64,000 nt of DNA from an uncultured bacterium (GTDB lineage: Bacteria > CSSED10-310). The translations under genes and the position numbers were made by a program. The notes under the pieces were generated by a model that saw only the letters and a list, made by a program, of their open reading frames with translations, ran no database searches and was not told the origin of the DNA. Of this stretch, positions 57,185 through 64,000 are shown piece after piece. The DNA lies in assembly GCA_964512995.1 (NCBI GenBank), contig CAZELM010000002.1:112314-176313 (forward strand), given 5' to 3'. How positions within the stretch are numbered: the stretch's first letter is position 1; each line of letters starts with the position of its first letter.

Positions 57185-58609
57185 ATGGCAACTGAAATGA
57201 ATACCGAAAGAAAACCTGAGCGTGTTTTTATTGTGGGAGTGGGTGGTTCGGGGATGAGCGCGATTGCGCAATGGCTGAACGCGCGAGGATGCTGGGTGGG
57301 TGGCTCCGATCGCGAGCATGACCGTGGGTTGCGTCCGGAGTTTTATCAGGTGATGGAATCTCAGGGAATCATACTTTTCCCGCAGAATGGCTCCGGGATC
57401 GATTCCACCATCGATCGGGTGGTCATATCGACGGCCATCGAAGCGCAGATACCCGATCTGAAGGCAGCCCGGGACCTGAATATTCCGATCGTTCACCGCT
57501 CCGAGGAGCTTGCCCGGCTGGTATCCCGATATCAATCCATTGCCGTTGCCGGTACATCGGGAAAAAGCACGGTCACGGGCATGATCGGCTGGATACTCCG
57601 TGAAACCCATTTCTCTCCAACGATTGTCAATGGCGCGCCGATTCGGAATATGGATGATTCCCGGACTGGAGTGGGGTTTTATCCGGGTCATGGTTCGTGG
57701 TGTGTATTTGAAGCGGATGAGAGTGATGGAACGCTTCTGCGATTTCACCCCGATCTCGCCATTATTCATAACATTTCCAAAGATCACATGCCCCTTGCGG
57801 AACTTCGGACATTGTTCGCAACCTTTATCCCCCAGATCGGGCGGCGTCTTGTATTCCATGCGGCGTGTCCCGAGACAACCCTTCTTGCGATGTCCCATCC
57901 CGACAGGATCAGTTATGGATTTCGTCCTGGAGTAACCGTCATGGGGCACGAGCGGATGGAGTGGTCCTGGGGAAGCCGGTTCCGGGTGACGATCGATCGG
58001 AGTCTGTCACCCGGTGATACCGAACTGGAACTGACTATCAATATTCCCGGTTCCCACAATGCTGAAAATGCACTGGCTGCGATTGCTGCGGCGTTGGTAA
58101 TCGGTGTTCCTCCAGCAGCGATCCCTCCGGCTGTCGCATCGTTCCCTGGAATTCGAAGGCGATTTGAATTGGTTGGAACAACCCGGGGGATCGCCGTGAT
58201 CGATGATTATGCTCACAATCCGGATAAAATCCGAGCAGCGCTTCACACTGCACACGCGATGGCTCAGCGGATCATTGCCGTGTTTCAGCCACATGGATTC
58301 CGGCCCATGATGCTGCTGTTTGATGAGATCGTCGATGCATTCTCGCAGGAGACGATACCAACCGACATGATCCTGCTGACACCCATTTATTATGCCGGGG
58401 GCACGGTCAGTCAGGACATCAGCTCTGAGACGATCGCCTCTGCTATTCGACACAGGGAACGGTGTTGTCTGGTGAAAAACCGGAATGACATTCCCGCATG
58501 GATTCGCTCCATCGGCCAGCCGGGTGATCTCGTGCTGGTCATGGGTGCCCGGGACCCATCTCTGTCGGACCTCTGCCGGCAGATTCATACGGCGATTTCT
58601 CAGGGATAG
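57185..58609 (+). CDS. Mur ligase of the MurC/Mpl family (UDP-N-acetylmuramate--L-alanine ligase or murein-peptide ligase)
   Basis: N-terminal VFIVGVGGSGMSAIAQWLNARGCWVGGSD, which is the MurC Rossmann signature. P-loop AVAGTSGKSTVTGMI. The ATG at 57185 is preferred over the ORF-track extension. Confidence 0.75.
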   Translation: MATEMNTERKPERVFIVGVGGSGMSAIAQWLNARGCWVGGSDREHDRGLRPEFYQVMESQGIILFPQNGSGIDSTIDRVVISTAIEAQIPDLKAARDLNIPIVHRSEELARLVSRYQSIAVAGTSGKSTVTGMIGWILRETHFSPTIVNGAPIRNMDDSRTGVGFYPGHGSWCVFEADESDGTLLRFHPDLAIIHNISKDHMPLAELRTLFATFIPQIGRRLVFHAACPETTLLAMSHPDRISYGFRPGVTVMGHERMEWSWGSRFRVTIDRSLSPGDTELELTINIPGSHNAENALAAIAAALVIGVPPAAIPPAVASFPGIRRRFELVGTTRGIAVIDDYAHNPDKIRAALHTAHAMAQRIIAVFQPHGFRPMMLLFDEIVDAFSQETIPTDMILLTPIYYAGGTVSQDISSETIASAIRHRERCCLVKNRNDIPAWIRSIGQPGDLVLVMGARDPSLSDLCRQIHTAISQG

Positions 58610-59066
58610 ATCACAATCTCATTCGGGGATCAGATCAATACTGCGCGTATCGATCATAAGGTTCTTGCTCTGTCAATCACTTCTTACACGCGGAATTTCA
58701 CGTCCGGAATGCTGGGCATCCAATTGACAGGTGTGTTTGGATGCAACCTCATCAAAACGGCGCTTCTGTCATACTTTCAAAAAAATGCGATGATTGGTTT
58801 TCAAAGAAAAAATCCGCCCTTTTATCGGAAGAGGCGGCCTGAAAAAATTTTCAGGAAATGCAGCGAAAAAGATTTGTCCGACCAATACTCTGAAATCCGT
58901 TGCAGTGAGTTAAAATCAGGGATGAAGAATTATCAGGGTATTGAGACCACGAAGCGATGGATTCAGCCGGAACATCCGATAGAGCGGATCGTTTGATGAA
59001 CATGGAATGAATCCACCGCTGCGTTCACATGAGATTCAGGAATTACTGGCGGGTTCTACAGATAGA

Positions 59067-59831
59067 TCAAGCGGACGGTTCAGATGCTTCGGATAACGTG
59101 CTGGCAGGTAAGTCTGCCGGATTGGCGGATTTGGTGCGACGTGTCCCGGCATCGATGATCATCCGAGCATTGAAATAATCCTGATAGAACTGGGGATGAC
59201 TGCTTTTCAGGAAGATCACCATGGGATCCATCTTGAACTTCAGGATGCGATCGACCTCTTTGAAGAGCGCTTTGAGATCGGCAGTACAGGCTTTTTTTAA
59301 GGCGCGGATTTCCCGTGGCTTTACAATGGCGTCTTCGAATGCGCTGACCTTGACACGGAAGTTATCCAGAATGGATTCCGTGATCCCGTAGTCCGCCAGT
59401 GGGATGATGCGTTCTTCGGTCAGTGTCTTGATGGTCGTACACCGCTGTAAAATCTCGAAGTCGCGGAAGCGGATGCTCGAGTAGGTCAGATGCGCTTTTC
59501 GCATCAGGGGCAGATCATCCGTGTTTTCGGCGTAGAAACAAATACCTTTCGCGATCTGAACAGCGGACTCGACCATCGCGATTTTCAGATTGAGCTTGGC
59601 CTGAGTGAACCCGGTCGTTGTCGTGTCCTGAAGGCGGAACAGCTCCTTGATCCGCGACAGAAGAACACAGAATGTCTGAAAGGCTTCCTTGAATGCAGGA
59701 AGACTATTGATCAACTCGATCTGACGTTCACAGACAATCTGGGTAGCATAATTCATCGACATCTTGCTGTTTTGTGTCTTGTTCATACAAAAACCTCCTG
59801 ATAACTGTTTAGAAGATGAAAAAAGAACCAT
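59067..59831 (-). CDS. Hypothetical alpha-helical protein; no recognisable domain
   Basis: A clean 254-aa ORF, probably starting at MNKTQNSK. It lies next to the repeat array. Confidence 0.4.
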   Translation of the reverse strand: MVLFSSSKQLSGGFCMNKTQNSKMSMNYATQIVCERQIELINSLPAFKEAFQTFCVLLSRIKELFRLQDTTTTGFTQAKLNLKIAMVESAVQIAKGICFYAENTDDLPLMRKAHLTYSSIRFRDFEILQRCTTIKTLTEERIIPLADYGITESILDNFRVKVSAFEDAIVKPREIRALKKACTADLKALFKEVDRILKFKMDPMVIFLKSSHPQFYQDYFNARMIIDAGTRRTKSANPADLPASTLSEASEPSA

Positions 59832-59996
59832 GGAATACTGATTGGCCTCTATACCCAGTTACCTGTCACATATGCATTCACAACAACTGATTGTTATATA
59901 CAGAATCGATTCCAATGAAATCAAGGAAAAAATTATTTTTATTTATAACCTGTTATATTTAAATGATAAGGATGAGGGGAGACGATTGGTTTTTGC

Positions 59997-60040
59997 CCTC
60001 ACCCCAGCCCCTCTCCATGAATGGCGAGGGATATATGTGC
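59997..60040 (+). repeat. REP-like element, copy 4
   Basis: CCTCACCCCAGCCCCTCTCCATGAATGGCGAGGGATATATGTGC. Confidence 0.7.
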
Positions 60041-60095
60041 GAGGTGATTCAGGCATATTTCATCCCATCACAACGAACAACCATTGCATTCAGCG

Positions 60096-60500
60096 GAACG
60101 GTTATCACATCAAATGCCGTGATCATTACATTCAAACGCAAAGTAGGTGCAGTTTTTTAACCTGCACCTACGTGTATGCCACCGGCGATTACATCCACCG
60201 GAGCGATCATTACATCACACGCCGTGATCATTACATTCAAACACAGTGGCGATTACATTCAAACACAGTGGCGATTACATTCGCCAAGACGATCATCACA
60301 TCACACGGAACGTTCATTACATCACACGCCGTGATCATTACATTCAAACATAGCGGCGATTACATTCGCCAAGACGATCATCACATCACACGGAACGTTC
60401 ATTACATCACACGCCGTGATCATTACATTCAAACATAGCGGCGATTACATTCGCCAAGACGATCATCACATCACACGGAGCGATCCTCACATGCAAACGC
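60096..60500. repeat. Iteron-like tandem array: about 17 degenerate ~21-bp units (core GATCATTACATCACAC) organised into three ~85-bp super-repeats
   Basis: Near-identical 85-bp blocks lie at about 60226-60310, 60311-60395 and 60396-60480. Sub-units are spaced 19-24 bp apart. The ORF-track 'protein' HYITRRDHYIQT across this region is a repeat artefact. Confidence 0.75.
60143..60171. repeat. Perfect 10-bp-stem hairpin (GTAGGTGCAG-TTTTTTAA-CCTGCACCTAC) bounding the array
   Basis: Inverted repeat read directly from the sequence. No trailing U-tract. Confidence 0.7.
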
Positions 60501-60503
60501 AGA

Positions 60504-60532
60504 GTAGGTGCAGGTTAAAAACCTGCACCTAC
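60504..60532. repeat. Second copy of the same hairpin (GTAGGTGCAGG-TTAAAAA-CCTGCACCTAC) at the other array boundary. A third, partial copy lies at 60594-60616.
   Basis: Inverted repeat read directly from the sequence. Confidence 0.7.
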
Positions 60533-60876
60533 GTGCATGCAACGGGGGATTGGCTCATCATGGATTATATCCGATCAATGGGCGAGAACAGATACAGGTG
60601 AAAAACCTGCACCTACATTCTGCCAGGGGAGAATGGTTTATCCGGGAATATTTGTTCATCTACGTCATTCCCGAAAACAGGGATTCGACTCAATCTATTT
60701 ATCTTGTAATATCTTCTCATATCGATAAAATAGAGTGGTTCAGATGGTTCTGAGAACCTCTGAAGGTCGGTACCATGTCATTTCACATGAACAAATGAAT
60801 TCGTTCCGGAATTCAACACTTTTCAGAATGACGGGCTGATCCAATCTGATAACGGATGTAATACCTTCTATCTTTA

Positions 60877-61407
60877 ATGGGAGATGGCGTCATGGGAGTT
60901 ATCTTTGACGAACTATCAAAACGGTTTCCGAATTATCCACACCTGAGACAGGTCGAAGACTTCGTCAGCGGTCTGGTTCGAGATATGGATCCGTTGTTGA
61001 TCATCATGTTTGGTGCGTTACCCCGGGAAGATTATACTCACAACAGTGATGTTGATGTACTGCTGGTTTTTGATAAACCTGTCACCTGGAATGAGGTGTT
61101 TGCTTATGGCAGCGGCATCGTGCAGCCCATATCCAAAACCAAGGAAGATTTCATATCCCAGCTCAAGAGAGGAAATGCATTCTTTATCCAGATCATGGAG
61201 GAAGGTATCATTCTTCATGCAAAACAGAATGTGCTTGGCGAATTTCGGGAGATCGCGTCAGAAACCATCACCAACATGAAAATGATCCGTGTTGAAAAAG
61301 GATGGGATATCCTGGAATCCGAAGAAGAAGAAGAGAGTGTTGAAGAAGAAATAACCGATACCGACGATGAAGACGACATCGAAGAAGAGAGTTCTGACGA
61401 ATTATAA
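60877..61407 (+). CDS. Minimal nucleotidyltransferase (Pol-beta superfamily, MNT-like) with a poly-acidic C-terminal tail
   Basis: NTase motif FGALPREDYTHNSDVDVLLV (G[SA]...DxD). Tail ESEEEEESVEEEITDTDDEDDIEEESSDEL. Confidence 0.65.
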   Translation: MGDGVMGVIFDELSKRFPNYPHLRQVEDFVSGLVRDMDPLLIIMFGALPREDYTHNSDVDVLLVFDKPVTWNEVFAYGSGIVQPISKTKEDFISQLKRGNAFFIQIMEEGIILHAKQNVLGEFREIASETITNMKMIRVEKGWDILESEEEEESVEEEITDTDDEDDIEEESSDEL

Positions 61408-61649
61408 CGACACCAGATCGCCGGTATCCATTACCTTTTATCTACTATATCTTCAAGCGGTATCTGCGGCAGCAGTGTACCCGATACCGCAAGGCCTATC
61501 TCCCGTCACAAACTGCTGAAACGCTCCGGCGGAACAGATTCAGCACATCCGGCGGAATCCTGTTCATCTATGAAACGACATGTCCGTCTCAAATCTATCG
61601 GGTCATCCATCCCTCGATCATCTGCGACTCCCTCGGATATCCCGCTGTT

Positions 61650-62621
61650 TTGTTATCCTATGAGGAACTGGAGTATTTCCGGTCCTTTGATTTCCTGAAT
61701 CAATTCCGCCTGGTTGTATTGCATCGCCTGCCGATGACTGCATTGATTCGCCAGTTCATCCATTCTGCTCACCGGAATAACACGCCCGTCGCTCTCGATC
61801 TGGATGATTACATTTTCGATCCGGATGTCTATCGGGAATCTGCAATCTTTGATCTTCTGGATCCCTTGGAGCGGGTGTTGCATCTCCGAATGGCCCATGC
61901 CATACAAATGACACTCAAAATGGTTGACGTTGCGACTGTCTCCACGTCGGAGCTTCGGGATGCCATTACTTCAACAGGGAAACAGGCTATAATGATTCCC
62001 AATGCCATCTCCCCCGACATGATTCAATCCTTCGCATCCAGCACCTCCCATTCTCAAAACCGCCAACCCCATGATGCCATCATCATCGGATATCTCAGTG
62101 GAACTTCAACGCACCACCGTGATGTTCAAAGCATCCTTCCGGCTATCGGACATATTCTCCATCAGCATCCGACCGTCAGACTTCTGCTGGCCGGCCCTCT
62201 GTCATTGAATTCGTCGTTCGAGAATCAGTTCAGGCACCGGATCATCCGGTCTGAGCTGGTGAATTGGGAGCAATTATCCACGCTCTATCACCCGCTCGAT
62301 ATCAATCTGGCGCCTTTGGAACTGTATAATGTATTCTGTAATGCCAAAAGTCCCATCAAATACCTGGAAGCCGCTCTGGCACAGACGCCGACCATCGCGT
62401 CCAGCACCCGTGCATTCCGGGAAGTCATCCGCCATGGCGAAACGGGATATCTCGCGACAACGACGGAGGACTGGATCAATAGCCTTGAACAACTCATTGC
62501 CAGTGAATCACTCCGCAAACAAATCGGCCATGCTGCGTTTCAGGATATCCAGAAGAACTATCTCCTGGAGAACACCCGGAGCATCTGGACCGATATGCTG
62601 TCGAACGGCATCACGGGATGA
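61650..62621 (+). CDS. GT-B fold (GT4-like) glycosyltransferase. The N-terminus is possibly longer, with a non-ATG start.
   Basis: C-terminal GT4-like motif NAKSPIKYLEAALAQTPTIAS...GETGYLA. Confidence 0.5.
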   Translation: MLSYEELEYFRSFDFLNQFRLVVLHRLPMTALIRQFIHSAHRNNTPVALDLDDYIFDPDVYRESAIFDLLDPLERVLHLRMAHAIQMTLKMVDVATVSTSELRDAITSTGKQAIMIPNAISPDMIQSFASSTSHSQNRQPHDAIIIGYLSGTSTHHRDVQSILPAIGHILHQHPTVRLLLAGPLSLNSSFENQFRHRIIRSELVNWEQLSTLYHPLDINLAPLELYNVFCNAKSPIKYLEAALAQTPTIASSTRAFREVIRHGETGYLATTTEDWINSLEQLIASESLRKQIGHAAFQDIQKNYLLENTRSIWTDMLSNGITG

Positions 62622-62646
62622 CATTCGAGATGGCCATGAAACTCCC

Positions 62647-63909
62647 ATGAAAATTATTCAGGTTGTTCACCGGTTTCCGCGGGAAGGCGGTGCCGGTGCA
62701 GAAAATTATTCCCGGCAGTTGTGCGACGCTCTGGCAAAAAATCATGAGGTGATGGTGGTCACACGGGCGGAGCCCTCCGGTCTTTCCCGGAGTTACTGCT
62801 CGGTGGAAACCGTTCCGGGCTTCCCGTATCCGGTCCGTGCATTTTCCATTCATCCACGAGATACGGATCGGCTCGCCAAAAACTACTGGAATCCCGATCT
62901 GGATGAGCCATTCCGGGATATCTGCCAGGCATTCCGACCGGATATCATCCATTTTCAACACTGCATCCGGTTGTCGGTTTCTTTGATTCATACCGCTTGT
63001 GAATCCGGTGTTCCCGTATTCATGACACTTCACGATTTCTGGTTCGTCTGTCCGGGGATCATCATGCTGGATATGAAAAACAGTCCATGTACCCGCCACC
63101 ATAACATTCCCTATTGCTGGCTCTGCCAAGCGATCCGGTTTCCAGGACCCCGGATCATCATGGGCGGATTACCCTATATCCGCAGACGGAAACAGCGGAT
63201 GGCTCAAACGCTCCGGATGTGCAGACGCATTTTCACGCCATCTCACTGCCTGAACACGGCCATTTCGAGTCTGGATATCCCGCCATATAAAATACGGTAC
63301 TGGCCACATGGGATCGACCAGACGCCTTTCACCAACCGGAAACCAGTTGATGCACCCAGCCATTCTCCCATTCGATTTGGTTACATCGGCACGTTTTCGG
63401 AACAGAAGGGAATCGATACACTTCTGGAGGCTTTCTCGATCGGGGGAAACGACCATGCGGAATTATGGCTTTATGGCAACGCTGGCCGGGATGCAGACAC
63501 GCAACGTCGCGTTCAGGAGTGGAAAGCCCGATACAGTTCCAATCCGCGGATCACGTTCAAAGGGGTGTTCACTCCCGGTGAGATCGGCACCATCCACCGA
63601 GATTTGGATGTGATCGTCGTACCGTCCAGATGGTATGAAAATCGGCCATTGGCTATTCTGGAATCCTTCGCAGCCGGTAATCCAGTCATTGGATCCGATA
63701 TCGGTGGCATTGCGGAATTGATCGGGCCATCCCAGGCCGGATGGCTATTCGAACGGAACAATACGCAGGACCTTGCGCAGATCATCCGACGCATCATCAC
63801 CGATCCGGAATCCATCACTGAAAAGCGACAGAACATCCCGCAGATACCTCAAATAGCGGATGAAGCTCAGGATCTTCTTCTGGAATATCAGCGAGATGAA
63901 TGCTCGTAA
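62647..63909 (+). CDS. Glycosyltransferase family 4 (group 1)
   Basis: MKIIQVVHRFPREGGAGAENY N-terminus and the GT4 E(x7)E region ENRPLAILESFAAGNPVIGSDIGGIAELI. Confidence 0.75.
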   Translation: MKIIQVVHRFPREGGAGAENYSRQLCDALAKNHEVMVVTRAEPSGLSRSYCSVETVPGFPYPVRAFSIHPRDTDRLAKNYWNPDLDEPFRDICQAFRPDIIHFQHCIRLSVSLIHTACESGVPVFMTLHDFWFVCPGIIMLDMKNSPCTRHHNIPYCWLCQAIRFPGPRIIMGGLPYIRRRKQRMAQTLRMCRRIFTPSHCLNTAISSLDIPPYKIRYWPHGIDQTPFTNRKPVDAPSHSPIRFGYIGTFSEQKGIDTLLEAFSIGGNDHAELWLYGNAGRDADTQRRVQEWKARYSSNPRITFKGVFTPGEIGTIHRDLDVIVVPSRWYENRPLAILESFAAGNPVIGSDIGGIAELIGPSQAGWLFERNNTQDLAQIIRRIITDPESITEKRQNIPQIPQIADEAQDLLLEYQRDECS

Positions 63910-63987
63910 TGATAAGAGGATCTTGGGAGCGGATTTAATCGTTCTCCGAAAAATAGTTTTCCAAACGAACAAGATATTGGGCTCTCC

Positions 63988-64000
63988 CTCACCCCGCCGG
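63988..64000 (+). repeat. REP-like element, copy 5 (truncated by the window edge)
   Basis: ATATTGGGCTCTCCCTCACCCCGCCGG. The tail and head of the unit are juxtaposed. Confidence 0.4.

Noticed and set aside
59842-60438. ORF-track protein of 198 aa with repetitive 'HYITRRDHYIQTQ' sequence
   Set aside because: It is a translation artefact of the tandem DNA repeat array. The periodicity is at the nucleotide level (21 and 85 bp) and is not conserved as codons, and the ORF has no start context.
60143-60532. The two 29-bp hairpins as rho-independent terminators
   Set aside because: The T-run is in the loop, not 3' of the stem, and no U-tract follows either stem. They look like structured repeat boundaries, not terminators.
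60096-60616. Possible CRISPR array
   Set aside because: The intervals between repeated units are themselves repeats, not unique spacers. The unit spacing (~21 bp and ~85 bp) and the lack of cas genes do not fit CRISPR.

Overview
This 64-kb window looks like a chromosomal segment from an uncultivated, probably anaerobic bacterium of roughly 50% GC. That assignment is inferred from gene content (GerM, RicT/PSP1, a 2-oxoacid:ferredoxin oxidoreductase, GH57, many TPR/NHL proteins); the lineage cannot be named from sequence alone. The window is densely coding, mostly on the minus strand.

The housekeeping genes are confidently recognisable: folD, engB, clpP, tig, a five-tRNA cluster (Leu-TAG, Arg-TCG, His-GTG, Arg-TCT, Pro-TGG), rdgB, rph, an Amidase_3/GerM pair, murF, tmk, a RicT/PSP1 protein, lon, a PfkB kinase, an HspR-like regulator overlapping a sigma-70 factor, YjbQ, an SPFH protein, a GH57 glucan enzyme, a sucCD-korDABC operon, two tandem half-ArsA/Get3-like ATPases and a MurC/Mpl-type ligase.

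The most unusual content is a translationally coupled minus-strand operon at 1133-14719, with a convergent NHL-repeat gene at 1-1107. The operon encodes four very large polytopic membrane proteins. They combine ArnT/PMT-like (GT-C, GT39/83-type) glycosyltransferase cores, Chlor_Arch_YYY/DUF2298 domains marked by INY(Y/F)YYGHY motifs, and C-terminal six-bladed NHL beta-propellers. One is a 1963-aa fusion protein with a ~230-residue acidic disordered insert. This looks like an undescribed envelope glycosylation machine.

A second glycan module lies on the plus strand at 40310-45702. It comprises a SAM methyltransferase with a ~280-aa heptad/14-mer coiled coil (a WbdD-like 'ruler' architecture), a GT4-coiled-coil-GT2 enzyme and a GT4 paralog. 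A TPR-tailed GT39-like protein follows at 45840-47771, and further GT-B genes sit at 61650-63909.

The non-coding DNA is also notable. A ~45-bp palindromic REP-like element, read in one frame as 'LTPAPLHEWRG', occurs five times, always intergenic and in the same orientation. At about 60096-60616 there is an iteron-like array of ~17 degenerate ~21-bp units with core GATCATTACATCACAC. The units are organised into ~85-bp super-repeats and bracketed by two perfect 29-bp hairpins. This array lies next to a minimal nucleotidyltransferase that has a poly-acidic tail.
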